DNA from: Candidatus Melainabacteria bacterium
GTDB lineage: Bacteria > Cyanobacteriota > Vampirovibrionia > Gastranaerophilales > Gastranaerophilaceae
Length of the DNA stretch: 64,000 nt
Reading direction: 5' to 3'
NCBI GenBank assembly: GCA_003258795.1
Contig: QHMH01000007.1
Location: 28,479-92,478, forward strand
How positions within the stretch are numbered: the stretch's first letter is position 1; the number at the start of each line of letters is the position of its first letter. Positions 47,994 to 60,426 of the stretch are shown in pieces. Below the pieces are notes generated by a model. That model was not told where the DNA came from and searched no databases. It was given only the letters and a program-made list of their open reading frames with translations. A program made the position numbers and the translations under genes.

Positions 47994-50900
47994 ATGTCGA
48001 CAAAATATCAGAAAAGAGTAACTCCGATGGGTATTCCGAACACTCGTTTGGACGATTTGCCGGACCTAATCGAAGTGCAAAAAAAATCATTTGAATGGTT
48101 CTTAAAAGAAGGTTTGAAAGAAGAATTGCTTTCATTCTCTCCAATTAAAGACTATACAGGAAGATTAGGGTTATACTTCCTTCCAAATTATACTTTTGAT
48201 AATCCTAAATACACGGAAGAAGAAGCAAGAATTCACGATGCAACATATGCAAAACAGCTTCGTGTAATGGTAAGATTGACAAACCGTGATTCAGGTGAAA
48301 TCAAAGAACAAGAAGTTTATATCGGAGATATTCCGACAATGACAGACAAGGGAACGTTTATCATTAACGGTGCAGAAAGGGTTATCGTTTCGCAAATTGT
48401 ACGTTCTCCTGGAGTTTATTTTAAAAAAGACATTTCTCCAACAGGAAAACGTCTTTACAATGCAACTATGATTCCTAACAGAGGTGCATGGTTGAAAATC
48501 GAAACAGATGCTAACGACATAATTTATGTAAAAATTGACAAGAACAGAAAAATTCTTGCAACAACATTGTTGAAAGCTATGGGTATTACAGTTTCTGAAA
48601 TGGAAACATTGTTTACTCACCCTGAATTTTTGAAGAAAACTCTTGAAAAAGATACAACAGAAACAACAGATGATGCATTGGTTGAAATTTATAAAAAATT
48701 AAGACCAGGAGATCCTGCATCACCACAAGGTGGACGTTCAATTCTTGAAGCAAGATTCTTTGATGAAAAGAAATATGATATCGGCAGAGTAGGTCGTTAT
48801 AAGATTAACAAAAAACTAAACTTGAACATTGGTGCTTCAGTAAGAACATTGACAGTTCAAGATATAGTTGCATCAATAGAATATTTGATTAACTTGACAT
48901 ACGATGAAGGTACATTGGATGATATTGACCACTTGGGTAACAGAAGAATCCGTTCAGTTGGTGAATTGCTTCAAAACCAATTCAGAGTTGGTTTGAGCCG
49001 TATCGAAAGAATTGTTAAAGAAAGAATGACATTGCAAGATTCTGACACGTTAACACCATTGAACTTGTTAAATACAAAACCGTTGGTTGCTGCATTGAAG
49101 GAATTCTTCGGAAGTTCTCAATTGTCACAATTTATGGACCAAACAAACCCATTGGCAGAGTTAACTCACAAAAGACGTATTTCTGCATTAGGACCTGGTG
49201 GTTTGATGAGAGAAAGAGCTGGATTTGCAGTTCGTGATATTCACCCATCACACTATGGACGTATTTGTCCAGTAGAAACACCAGAAGGTCCAAACGCAGG
49301 TTTGATTGGATCTTTGGCAACACACGCAAAAGTTAATGATTATGGATTCGTAGAATCTCCGTTCTTTGTTGTTAAAGATGGCGTTGTAACAAACGAAGTT
49401 GTTTACATGACAGCTGACGAAGATGAAAACTATCGTTGCGCACCAGCAGACGTTCAATTGAATAAAGATAGAACATTCAAGGCAGATTTCGTTCCTGCAA
49501 GATATCGTTCAGAATTTATTATGTGTGAAAAGTCAAAAATCGACTATGTTGGGGTTTGCCCTATTCAAATCATTTCAGTTGCAACATCGTTGATTCCATT
49601 TATTGAACACGACGATGCTAACAGAGCTTTGATGGGATCTAACATGCAACGTCAAGCGGTACCATTGTTGATTACTCAAAGACCAGTAGTTGGTACAGGT
49701 TTGGAAGCTCGTGCAGCTAAAGACTCTGGTATGGTTGCTGTGTCAGATGTGGATGGTACTGTAGTTAGAGTCGTTGGTGAAGAAATTACTATTCAAGATA
49801 AAGCAGGAAATCTTCATGTTCATCAACTTATGAAATATTTAAGAAGTAACCAAGATACTTGTATTAACCAAAGACCAATTGTAAGGGAAGGTGATGAGGT
49901 TAAGGCTGGAGATGTTATCGCTGATGGTGCATCAACAGATGGTGGTGAATTATCTCTTGGTAAGAACGTTTTGGTAGCGTATATGCCTTGGGAAGGTTAC
50001 AACTATGAAGATGCTATTTTGCTTTCAGAACGTTGTGTTCACGATGATGTCTTTACATCAGTGCACATCGAAAAATTAGAAATCGATGCAAGACAAACAA
50101 AACTTGGACCTGAAGAAATTACTCGTGAAATTCCTAATGTTTCAGAAGAAGCGTTAAGACATTTGGATGAAAGAGGTATCGTTCGTATAGGTGCAAGGGT
50201 TTATGCAGATGATATTTTGGTTGGTAAGGTTACACCAAAAGGTGAATCTGAACACCCACCAGAAGAAAAACTTTTGAGAGCGATATTCGCAGAAAAAGCA
50301 AGAGATGTTAAAGATAACTCATTGAGAGTTCCTCACGGAGAAGGTGGTAGAGTTCTTGATGTTAAGGTATTTGACAGAGAAAAAGGTGATGAATTGCCAC
50401 CTGGAGCAAATACTGTTATCAGAGTATACATTGCTCAAAAACGTAAAGTTTCAGTTGGTGATAAGCTTTCTGGACGTCACGGAAACAAGGGTATTGTATC
50501 AAGAATCCTCGCAAAAGAAGATATGCCATTCTTGCCAGATGGAACTCCAATTGATGTAGTTTTGAACCCACTGGGTGTTCCTTCACGTATGAACGTAGGT
50601 CAAACTTATGAACATTTGTTGGGATTGGCATCTTATTTGACAAAACAATATTATGAAACTCCTTCATTTGATGAAATGTATGGAGATAATCAATCAGAAA
50701 AAGCAACAAAAGAAGAATTGCTTAAAGGTATTAAAGAATCTGGTTGCGATTGGGTAAGAGAAGACGGTAAAGTTTCACTTATTGATGGTAGAACTGGTGA
50801 ACCGTTTGACGAACCTGTTGCGGTTGGTGTTTCTTATATCTTGAAACTTGTTCACCTTGTTGATGATAAAATTCACGCTCGTTCAACTGGTCCTTACTCA

Positions 50901-51308
50901 TTGGTAACACAACAACCATTAGGTGGTAAGGCTCAATTCGGCGGACAAAGATTTGGTGAAATGGAAGTTTGGGCATTGGAAGCTTATGGTGCAGCATATA
51001 CATTACAAGAAATGTTGACAATTAAGTCTGATGATGTTAACGGACGTAACAGAGCTTATGAAGCAATCGTAAAAGGCGATAATATTCCAAGACCAGGAAT
51101 TCCAGAATCCTTCAAGGTTCTTGTAAGAGAACTTCAAAGTATCGGTCTTGATATTACCGTTGCAAAGAAAGATGGCATCGAAGTTGATTTGATGACAGAT
51201 ATTGATGATTTAAGAAAAGCTGCTCCGAAAAGAACATTATCTGATATCGATTCGGAATTGTTGAATATCAATTTCTTTGAAACACCGACATCATACGGTG
51301 ATTTGTAA
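47994..51308 (+). CDS. rpoB: DNA-directed RNA polymerase subunit beta
   Basis: 1104 aa with universal RpoB blocks throughout (...PNRGAWL..., ...NMQRQAVPL..., ...[19 protein letters not shown]...). Confidence 0.97.
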   Translation: MSTKYQKRVTPMGIPNTRLDDLPDLIEVQKKSFEWFLKEGLKEELLSFSPIKDYTGRLGLYFLPNYTFDNPKYTEEEARIHDATYAKQLRVMVRLTNRDSGEIKEQEVYIGDIPTMTDKGTFIINGAERVIVSQIVRSPGVYFKKDISPTGKRLYNATMIPNRGAWLKIETDANDIIYVKIDKNRKILATTLLKAMGITVSEMETLFTHPEFLKKTLEKDTTETTDDALVEIYKKLRPGDPASPQGGRSILEARFFDEKKYDIGRVGRYKINKKLNLNIGASVRTLTVQDIVASIEYLINLTYDEGTLDDIDHLGNRRIRSVGELLQNQFRVGLSRIERIVKERMTLQDSDTLTPLNLLNTKPLVAALKEFFGSSQLSQFMDQTNPLAELTHKRRISALGPGGLMRERAGFAVRDIHPSHYGRICPVETPEGPNAGLIGSLATHAKVNDYGFVESPFFVVKDGVVTNEVVYMTADEDENYRCAPADVQLNKDRTFKADFVPARYRSEFIMCEKSKIDYVGVCPIQIISVATSLIPFIEHDDANRALMGSNMQRQAVPLLITQRPVVGTGLEARAAKDSGMVAVSDVDGTVVRVVGEEITIQDKAGNLHVHQLMKYLRSNQDTCINQRPIVREGDEVKAGDVIADGASTDGGELSLGKNVLVAYMPWEGYNYEDAILLSERCVHDDVFTSVHIEKLEIDARQTKLGPEEITREIPNVSEEALRHLDERGIVRIGARVYADDILVGKVTPKGESEHPPEEKLLRAIFAEKARDVKDNSLRVPHGEGGRVLDVKVFDREKGDELPPGANTVIRVYIAQKRKVSVGDKLSGRHGNKGIVSRILAKEDMPFLPDGTPIDVVLNPLGVPSRMNVGQTYEHLLGLASYLTKQYYETPSFDEMYGDNQSEKATKEELLKGIKESGCDWVREDGKVSLIDGRTGEPFDEPVAVGVSYILKLVHLVDDKIHARSTGPYSLVTQQPLGGKAQFGGQRFGEMEVWALEAYGAAYTLQEMLTIKSDDVNGRNRAYEAIVKGDNIPRPGIPESFKVLVRELQSIGLDITVAKKDGIEVDLMTDIDDLRKAAPKRTLSDIDSELLNINFFETPTSYGDL

Positions 51309-51350
51309 ACTCAAAAACGTTAGTAAACACAATTGAAAAAGGAAATATAA

Positions 51351-53063
<1,713 letters not shown>

Positions 53064-53102
53064 TAGTTCAAGATTGATATATATAGAATAAAGGTAGATA
53101 AA

Positions 53103-56100
53103 ATGACAAACACAGCGTATAAAAAAATGAACAAATCATTAGATTATATAAATAAGATAATGGACAAAAAAAGCTTAAACAATCTTTTGTTGCAAGTTTA
53201 TCTTGAGTTTGGTGGTGCAAAAACAGCATCTCTTGCTAACGCTCTTAAAAACTTGGGTTATAAATATGCTACAAAATCTGGTACAACAATTTCTATTAAG
53301 GATTTGGCTGTTCCAGAAAATAAAAAAGATTTGTTAAAACAAGCTGAAGATGAAATTAAAAAATCAACTCACAGATATCTAAAAGGAGAAATTACTGAAG
53401 TTGAAAGATATACAAAGGTTATCGATACTTGGTCAGAAACAACATCAAAATTGACAGAAAGTGTAGTAGAAAACTTTGATAAATTAAACCCTGTATATAT
53501 GATGGCATTCTCTGGTGCAAGAGGTAACTTATCTCAAGTATCACAATTGGTAGGGATGAGAGGTTTGATGGCTGATGCACAAGGTCAAATCATCGACTTA
53601 CCTATCAAATCAAACTTTAAAGAAGGATTATCTGTAACAGAGTACATTATTTCTTCTTATGGTGCAAGAAAAGGTCTTGTTGACACAGCGTTGAAAACCG
53701 CTGACTCAGGTTACTTGACAAGACGTTTGGTTGACGTTGCTCAAGATGTTATTATCAGAGCTGATGATTGTCATACTGACAAATACATAAGAATGAAAGC
53801 AATTTCTGACGGAGAAAAGGACGTTGTTTCACTCGCTGACAGATTGCTCGGAAGAACAATTGCTGAAGATGTTAAAGATGAAAACGGAAATGTCGTAATC
53901 CCATCAGGAACAACTTTAAACAGAAGCGATGTTAAAAAAGTTGCAAAACTTAAAATAAAAGAATTGAACGTTCGTTCAGGTCTTACTTGTGGTTTAGAAT
54001 ATGGTATTTGTCAAAAATGCTATGGTTGGGCAATGACCACACAAAAACTTGTTGATATAGGTGAAGCAATTGGTATTATTGCTGCTCAATCAATCGGTGA
54101 ACCTGGTACACAGTTAACAATGAGAACATTCCACACAGGTGGTGTATTTAAAGGCTCTGGAGCAATTAGAGAAGTTATTGCCAAAAATGACGGTGAAGTT
54201 GTTTCAAAAGTTGTAACTCGTGAATTCAGAACTCGTCATGGGGATGTCGTTCAAATAACTAATTACGAAGCTGATTTGGTTGTTAAAACTAAAAAAGGCG
54301 AAGAAAAATATCACATTCCAGCTGGATCAAAAGTCTTAGTTAAAGCTGGGGATGTAATTAAAAAAGGTGAAAAACTTGCTGAATTTGAACCTGGCTCTCA
54401 AGGTGATGGTAGCCGTTTAACAGAAAAAGCAACAAAGGATATTACATCAGACTTGTCTGGTGAAGTTATGTTTGAAGATTTCGTTGCAGATGAAAAGAAA
54501 GATAGACAAGGTAACATTTCAAGAACTGCAAATAAAAATGGTATTATTTGGGTTCTTGGTGGAGATGTTTATAACCTTTTAGGTGGATCTAAAGTCCTCG
54601 TAAAAGATAAACAAAAAGTTACTAAAGGTGAAAAAATCGCAGAAACTCTTACTATTTCTGAACACGGTGGTGAAGTTAGAGCATCTGAAGATTTGGTAGT
54701 TGAAGAAGTTGAATTTGATGGTAAAAAAATCAAAAAAATCGTTAGTGGTAAAGAAATCATTATTGTTATTGCATCTTTGACTGCTGCAAACGCAACATTT
54801 GAACAAACAAAGAAAGAACAAATTTGGACAGTTAAGAAAACTGGTGAACGTTACGTTGTAAAAGCACCTATTGATACAACAGTAGAAAACGGAATGATTC
54901 TTGCAGAACTTATTGATGACCAATGTATGGTTGAATCTTCTGGAGAAATCAGATACGTTGATGTTGAAACAGATGATAACCAAATTATTACCAAAGGTGG
55001 TAAGGTTGTATTCATTCCAGAAGAAATTCACCAAATTAACAAAGATGCTTCTTTGAGAATGGTAGATTCTGGAACATTTGTTACTGCCGGTACTGAAATT
55101 GTGAAAGATCTTTATTCACATATTGATGGTATTGTAGAAATTAAAGAATGTAATGACATTATCCATGAAGTTACTGTTAGACCGGGAGAAATTCATACAC
55201 TTTCAAGTATTAACGAATTGAAAGTTGAGGAAGGCGTTATTCTTGAAAAGGGTACAGTAATTGCTGATGGTATAAAGGCAAAAGTACCTTCAATTGTAAC
55301 AATTATGGAATCAGATATGAATGATTTGGATATTGATGATTTGGAAGAAGATCTTGACTCTGTAATGTCAGAAGAAGATGACAACATTGCAAATCAGCCA
55401 GTTCAAATCCTTGTAAGACCTATCAAAGTTATTGAAGTTGAACCAAAAGAAGTTTCAATTAAATTTGACAAAACCGATGATTTAATTGATATCGTTCCAG
55501 TAACACAACTTCAATATAAAGATGGTGCAAGAGTTAGAAATCTTGACGGAGCTGTTTTGACAAGAACAAGTTTGGTTCTTCAAATGCAAGGATATCTTTC
55601 ACACCTTAAGGGTATGGTAGAACTTGATAGCAAGAACAACTTGAGAGTTGTAGTTCTTGAAACATTGATTGTTCGTCGTGAACAAGAAGGAAATATTAAA
55701 GGAACTTCATCTATGCAAACAGAACTCTTGGTTAAACAAGGTCAAGTAATTAAACCAAAAACACCTGTTGCTAAAACTCAAGTATTAGCAGTTAACGATG
55801 GTGTAGCATCAATTAAAGAAACAAAAGAAGATATGAGAAGATTGCTTCTTGTTTGTGATAATTATGAGTCAAAAATTCAAGTTAAATCTAAACCAAGTGT
55901 TAAGAAAGGTACATTGATAAAACTTGATTCTATCATTTCTGATGGTGGTGAAATCTCAGAAGTTTCTGGTGTAGTAACTGAAGTTAAGGGAAATGAAATC
56001 ACAGTAAGAACTGGTCGTCCATATTTGATATCTCCAGGGACAATGCTTCAAGTAGGTGTTGGATCTCTTGTCCAAAGAGGTGATATGCTTGCAACATTGG

Positions 56101-56951
56101 TATTTGAAAGACAAAAAACTGGTGACATCGTTCAAGGTTTGCCTAAAGTTGAAGAACTTTTGGAAGGTAGAAAACCAAAAGATTGTGCAATACTTGCAGA
56201 AGAAGATGGTATTGCAGAAATCGAAATCGAAGACGATATGCCAAGATTATATCTCGTTAATGAAAACGGTAGACAAGAAATCAAATATGCTATTGATGCA
56301 AATGTCATTGTTTCAAATGGCGAAAAGATTAAAAAAGGTCAACCATTAACATCTGGCCCTCTAAATCCTCAAGATATTATGAGATTAAATGGACCAGAAG
56401 CTGCACAACAATACCTTGTTGATGAAGTTCAAAGAGTATATCGTTCACAAGGCGTTGAAATTGCGGATAAACACGTTGAAATAATCGTTAGACAAATGAC
56501 TAAGAAAGTAAAAGTTCTTGAACCTGGTGACACTAAATTGTTACAAGGTGAGCTTGTTGAAGTTCAAGCATTTGAAAATGAAAACAAAGCTGTTAGAGAA
56601 GCTGGTGGTGTAGAAGCGACTTGTGAACACTTGTTGCTTGGTATCACAAAAGCATCTTTGAATACAGAAAGTTTCATTTCAGCTGCTTCTTTCCAAGAAA
56701 CAACAAGAATTCTTACTGAAGCTGCAGTAGAAGGCAAAAAAGACTTATTGAGAGGTTTGAAAGAAAACGTTATCATTGGTCGTCTAATACCTGCAGGTAC
56801 TGGTTATCATCACCTCACTAATGCAAGTGAAGAAAAAGATCAGGAAGCAATGCGTAGAGCTGCACAAAGAAATCAAGCAAGAAAACCTTCTGCAATTTTA
56901 GAAGAAATTGAAGGTATGTTTGGTGCTCCTGATTTGACTATTGATGATTAG
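53103..56951 (+). CDS. rpoC2: DNA-directed RNA polymerase subunit beta-prime (C-terminal part, with large SI3-like insertion)
   Basis: 1282 aa. Starts at the bridge helix/trigger loop region (...FSGARGN...). Several hundred residues of beta-rich repeats precede the conserved C-terminal blocks (...RLIPAGTG...). Confidence 0.95.
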   Translation: MTNTAYKKMNKSLDYINKIMDKKSLNNLLLQVYLEFGGAKTASLANALKNLGYKYATKSGTTISIKDLAVPENKKDLLKQAEDEIKKSTHRYLKGEITEVERYTKVIDTWSETTSKLTESVVENFDKLNPVYMMAFSGARGNLSQVSQLVGMRGLMADAQGQIIDLPIKSNFKEGLSVTEYIISSYGARKGLVDTALKTADSGYLTRRLVDVAQDVIIRADDCHTDKYIRMKAISDGEKDVVSLADRLLGRTIAEDVKDENGNVVIPSGTTLNRSDVKKVAKLKIKELNVRSGLTCGLEYGICQKCYGWAMTTQKLVDIGEAIGIIAAQSIGEPGTQLTMRTFHTGGVFKGSGAIREVIAKNDGEVVSKVVTREFRTRHGDVVQITNYEADLVVKTKKGEEKYHIPAGSKVLVKAGDVIKKGEKLAEFEPGSQGDGSRLTEKATKDITSDLSGEVMFEDFVADEKKDRQGNISRTANKNGIIWVLGGDVYNLLGGSKVLVKDKQKVTKGEKIAETLTISEHGGEVRASEDLVVEEVEFDGKKIKKIVSGKEIIIVIASLTAANATFEQTKKEQIWTVKKTGERYVVKAPIDTTVENGMILAELIDDQCMVESSGEIRYVDVETDDNQIITKGGKVVFIPEEIHQINKDASLRMVDSGTFVTAGTEIVKDLYSHIDGIVEIKECNDIIHEVTVRPGEIHTLSSINELKVEEGVILEKGTVIADGIKAKVPSIVTIMESDMNDLDIDDLEEDLDSVMSEEDDNIANQPVQILVRPIKVIEVEPKEVSIKFDKTDDLIDIVPVTQLQYKDGARVRNLDGAVLTRTSLVLQMQGYLSHLKGMVELDSKNNLRVVVLETLIVRREQEGNIKGTSSMQTELLVKQGQVIKPKTPVAKTQVLAVNDGVASIKETKEDMRRLLLVCDNYESKIQVKSKPSVKKGTLIKLDSIISDGGEISEVSGVVTEVKGNEITVRTGRPYLISPGTMLQVGVGSLVQRGDMLATLVFERQKTGDIVQGLPKVEELLEGRKPKDCAILAEEDGIAEIEIEDDMPRLYLVNENGRQEIKYAIDANVIVSNGEKIKKGQPLTSGPLNPQDIMRLNGPEAAQQYLVDEVQRVYRSQGVEIADKHVEIIVRQMTKKVKVLEPGDTKLLQGELVEVQAFENENKAVREAGGVEATCEHLLLGITKASLNTESFISAASFQETTRILTEAAVEGKKDLLRGLKENVIIGRLIPAGTGYHHLTNASEEKDQEAMRRAAQRNQARKPSAILEEIEGMFGAPDLTIDD

Positions 56952-56968
56952 TAAATCTATAAAATTAA

Positions 56969-56998
56969 GGGATAGGCTATAAAGCTTATCCCTTTTTT
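56969..56998 (+). terminator. Intrinsic terminator after rpoC2 (GGGATAGGCT-ataa-AGCTTATCCC + T6)
   Basis: GC-rich stem with one mismatch, followed by a T-run, 18 nt after the rpoC2 stop. Confidence 0.8.
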
Positions 56999-57014
56999 AG
57001 TTTTTGGAGAAATA

Positions 57015-57836
57015 ATGAAAAAATTTTGTTTTATTTTGTTTGTTTTTTGTTTAACCGGAAATGTTGTTTTCGCTCTTAATCCAAATGATTGTGTAGATTT
57101 GTATAATAATGGTCAGTATCAAAAATCTACCACTTGCTTTTATACATTGCTTTTAAAAGATAAAAATAATGCAAAGTTAAAACTTTACTATGGAAATTCC
57201 CTTGTTGCGGAGAAAAAATATTTGCAAGCTAAAATTCAATATAATGAGGTAATTCAACAATTTCCTTATTCGACATCAGCATCTTCTGCAAAGAAAAATC
57301 TTGTATATGTAAATAAAATGCTACATACAATTCAAACATCAAGGAGTACGGATTCCGGAAACTATATTTCAGAACTTGGTGGATATGTTAAATGGTCGGG
57401 AATGCCTATTAACGTTTGGATTCAACCATCAGTATATTCTACTTCAGCAAAAAACGCCTTTGTAGAATGGCAAAACAAGACAAAAGGTGCAGTTACTTTC
57501 GTCTTTGTATCAGATATGAAAAAAGCACAAATTTTTGTTGCCTTTACAGAAAATGTTCCCACGGTAAAAGGTGGTCATGCTTTGGGTATAACAAAAGTTT
57601 CTTATAACGGTAAATATATTACAAGAGCAATAATGAATATCAAATCAGTTACAAAAACTGGGGCAAAGCAAACTCCGTCACAAATTTACCCCGTTGTTTT
57701 ACATGAAGTGGGTCATGCTTTGGGCATGAAAGGTCATAGTAAAAGTCCATATGATGTAATGTATTACAGTGACGGAAATTATAGAAACGCACTTTCAAAT
57801 AGAGATGTCAATACGGTTAAATCAATGTATGATTAA
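57015..57836 (+). CDS. Secreted zinc metalloprotease of the metzincin type (matrixin/M10-like catalytic domain) with N-terminal helical/TPR-like region
   Basis: 273 aa with signal peptide MKKFCFILFVFCLTGNVVFA. Extended zinc motif VLHEVGHALGMKGH (HExxHxxGxxH) and a downstream Met (DVMYY) consistent with a Met-turn. Confidence 0.7.
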   Translation: MKKFCFILFVFCLTGNVVFALNPNDCVDLYNNGQYQKSTTCFYTLLLKDKNNAKLKLYYGNSLVAEKKYLQAKIQYNEVIQQFPYSTSASSAKKNLVYVNKMLHTIQTSRSTDSGNYISELGGYVKWSGMPINVWIQPSVYSTSAKNAFVEWQNKTKGAVTFVFVSDMKKAQIFVAFTENVPTVKGGHALGITKVSYNGKYITRAIMNIKSVTKTGAKQTPSQIYPVVLHEVGHALGMKGHSKSPYDVMYYSDGNYRNALSNRDVNTVKSMYD

Positions 57837-57972
57837 CTGTTCCTAAAAATCAATAATGGTGTTGTTTTTACACTAATAAGATATGTAAACAATATGTTAA
57901 AATAGTAGCAAAAGAATTCATTTTTGCTTTTTAATAGTGACATAGTTTTTTAGTGTGTAGGAAAATTTTATT

Positions 57973-60351
57973 ATGCAAGTACAAGCCTTAAACAGTGTTT
58001 CAAAAAGTAATGGTTATCTCAAAATTAACAACAACCAACATCGTTATTACACTCCAATGAACAATGTACAAGATACATTTGTTAAATCAAAAAATATGGG
58101 ATTACCAATTTTTGAACAAACTGAAAAGGCAATTAAGGTTGTATCTTTTGGTAATATAAGACCTGTTCAAGAGATTATTAAACCTGCTATTCAAATGAGA
58201 GTTCAGGGTGTAAGACATTTCCAACACAACATGGATCCAGAAATGTTGAAACAAGGTATTATGCTTCCAATAAACAAAATGGCAGAAGCAATGTGGAAAG
58301 ATGGAGATAAAATTGATTTTAAACTTAACCAAAGAAGAATAGAATTGGTTTCTAGGTTTGGTAAAATTGGAAGAGTACCAGAAGAAATAGCAAAGATTAT
58401 TTATCCAGTAATTAAAGGTAATCCAAGAGATTTTTCATTTGAATTATCAAATCTTGTTGCTGGAAATACTAAAGGTGCATCTACAATTGGTTTACGTGTA
58501 AATCTTCTTTACAACGGAAAGGATAAAAGAATTGCAAGAGATGCGCAAGAAGCTTTTGATGAAGTTCTAAATGATCCAGAAGCATCAAAAAAAGCGTTCT
58601 TTTACCAAGAACCAACAACTCCAAAAGAACTTTTGGATAAAATATTAGCTTTTGAAAGCCACGAAAATGGTGATATTGCAGCTAAAAAAATGGAAAAAGC
58701 TGTTGAAAGTATTGTTAATGAAATTGATAATCCTCAAAATAAAAAAATCTTGATTGTTGGTCACTGTAAACCAGATGGTGATACATTGGGTTGTATCATG
58801 GGTTTGAAAAATGCAATTGACATGACACACAATGATAAACAAGTTGAATGTGCTGTTGATGATGATGTAACAGGCTTGTTTAGACACAAATTACCTGGAA
58901 TTGATTACAACATCAAACATCCGTATTCTCAAGAAAAAATAAATCTTTTGGAAGCAAGTATTAAAGAAGCAGAGGCAAGAGGAGAATCCGAATCAATTAT
59001 TGATGGATTAAAGCTTTCTTTGGAAAAAGCCAAAAATCCAGACTTGTTGTTGGATAATAACAAAAAATATGATTTAGTTGTTTTAATGGATGTTCCATCT
59101 CCTGCAAGATTTACAGCGGGGTTTAAAAATCATATAGAAAACGCAAACAAAGTTGTTTATATTGATCACCATCCATTTAAACAAGAAGAATGGGATAAAG
59201 CAAAAACTACAACTGGTGTGGATATGACAAAAATTGTAGATAGCGGACTTGCATGGATTGCAGAAAGAGTTCCAGCAGCATGCGAACAAGCTGCAATTAT
59301 TGCATCAAAACTTAAACCTTCAAAAAATCCATTAAATCCAGATAATACGATTAAAACAATGAACAGTAAAAATGACGGTAACCACTCTAAACTTAATGCT
59401 GCGGTAGCTGCCTTTGTAACTGGTATTTGGACCGATACTGGCGGTTTTTCAAGAACAGCTAACCTTTTACCAGAAGATATCATTGACAAAAATGGTGAAA
59501 GAGTTTCAGTATATCAAAGACCAAACTTTTATCCTGAAGGATTTTCAAAGTGGTTATTTAATATGACAAATAATCAAATTGATAAGAAGTGGATGCGTGA
59601 CAATATCACTTATGATATAAACGATAAGAAGAGTCCTAATCTTGAAATTTCAGCAAGAGATCAAATGGTTAAAATTGCAGAAGCAGGTAAATATGAAAAT
59701 ATAAACCTTGGGTTAGGTATTGTTAATGCAACTTATGATGAAATGAAAGAAGTTTTAAAGATAGCTCAAGTTCATGAGCCAGAAACAAGTTTTCTTGATG
59801 TTCAAAACGCATTCAAATACAGTGAAGTTATGGGTCAATTTAGAGGCGAAACAATGAAGTCTTTGATGACCGCTGGAAAAAACATTTCTAAAGCTGATCA
59901 AAAAGAAGTTGGTGAGTATGATGCTGATAAGATTGCAGTATTCATTTGCGAATCAGAAAGAGCGGGAGAATTAAATACAGAAGGTAAACGTTCTGTAGAA
60001 AATGCGTTGAGATTTTCATTCCGTTCTCAAGAAGGAACAATCTATGCAGAACTTCTTGCATCATTATTCAATGGTGGTGGACACGGTGGAGCTGCTGGTG
60101 GACACATTAAGGGCAAGGACGTTACTTTAAATTCTGCTTTCACGGTTAAGGCTAACGGAAAAGTTATAAATGATAATAAAATTCTTTATAAAATGTTAAT
60201 GAAAAACTATGATTTGATGCATGATAAAAAATTGACGGCTGCGGATAGAGAAGCGAAAAAAATTCACTTTGAATTAGTTCCAGATGAAAAAGGAAGAACT
60301 TCTGCAAAAATCATTGAAGATCTTGTTAGAGAATGCAGACACGCAGCTTAA
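57973..60351 (+). CDS. DHH/DHHA1-family phosphoesterase (NrnA/RecJ-like core) with ~250-aa N-terminal unknown domain and a large insertion
   Basis: 792 aa. DHH motifs are ILIVGHCKPDGDTLG, VVLMDV and VVYIDHHPF. DHHA1 motif is FNGGGHGGAAGGH near the C-terminus. No GGDEF, PAS or TM seen. Confidence 0.7.
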   Translation: MQVQALNSVSKSNGYLKINNNQHRYYTPMNNVQDTFVKSKNMGLPIFEQTEKAIKVVSFGNIRPVQEIIKPAIQMRVQGVRHFQHNMDPEMLKQGIMLPINKMAEAMWKDGDKIDFKLNQRRIELVSRFGKIGRVPEEIAKIIYPVIKGNPRDFSFELSNLVAGNTKGASTIGLRVNLLYNGKDKRIARDAQEAFDEVLNDPEASKKAFFYQEPTTPKELLDKILAFESHENGDIAAKKMEKAVESIVNEIDNPQNKKILIVGHCKPDGDTLGCIMGLKNAIDMTHNDKQVECAVDDDVTGLFRHKLPGIDYNIKHPYSQEKINLLEASIKEAEARGESESIIDGLKLSLEKAKNPDLLLDNNKKYDLVVLMDVPSPARFTAGFKNHIENANKVVYIDHHPFKQEEWDKAKTTTGVDMTKIVDSGLAWIAERVPAACEQAAIIASKLKPSKNPLNPDNTIKTMNSKNDGNHSKLNAAVAAFVTGIWTDTGGFSRTANLLPEDIIDKNGERVSVYQRPNFYPEGFSKWLFNMTNNQIDKKWMRDNITYDINDKKSPNLEISARDQMVKIAEAGKYENINLGLGIVNATYDEMKEVLKIAQVHEPETSFLDVQNAFKYSEVMGQFRGETMKSLMTAGKNISKADQKEVGEYDADKIAVFICESERAGELNTEGKRSVENALRFSFRSQEGTIYAELLASLFNGGGHGGAAGGHIKGKDVTLNSAFTVKANGKVINDNKILYKMLMKNYDLMHDKKLTAADREAKKIHFELVPDEKGRTSAKIIEDLVRECRHAA

Positions 60352-60377
60352 TATAGTTTAAAAAGTTGATTTCAAAA

Positions 60378-60406
60378 TGCACACTTATTGATATAATATG
60401 TGTGCA
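60378..60406 (+). promoter_or_regulatory. 7-bp perfect inverted repeat (TGCACAC-N15-GTGTGCA) enclosing an extended -10 (TGaTATAAT) upstream of the helicase gene
   Basis: The palindrome arms flank TTGATATAATAT. Could be operator-over-promoter, or with the flanking AAAA/TTTT a long-loop terminator for the upstream gene. Confidence 0.45.
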
Positions 60407-60426
60407 TTTTAATAGGAGAAACTTTC

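Noticed and set aside
54579-55034. 151-aa ORF, and several other 60-110-aa ORFs, antisense to rpoC2, rpoB, lpxD, pgpH, the CNNM gene and others
   Set aside because: They lie entirely inside strongly supported genes on the opposite strand. They are Phe/Asn/Cys/Ile-rich from reading AT-rich DNA antisense and have no RBS. These are typical spurious ORFs.
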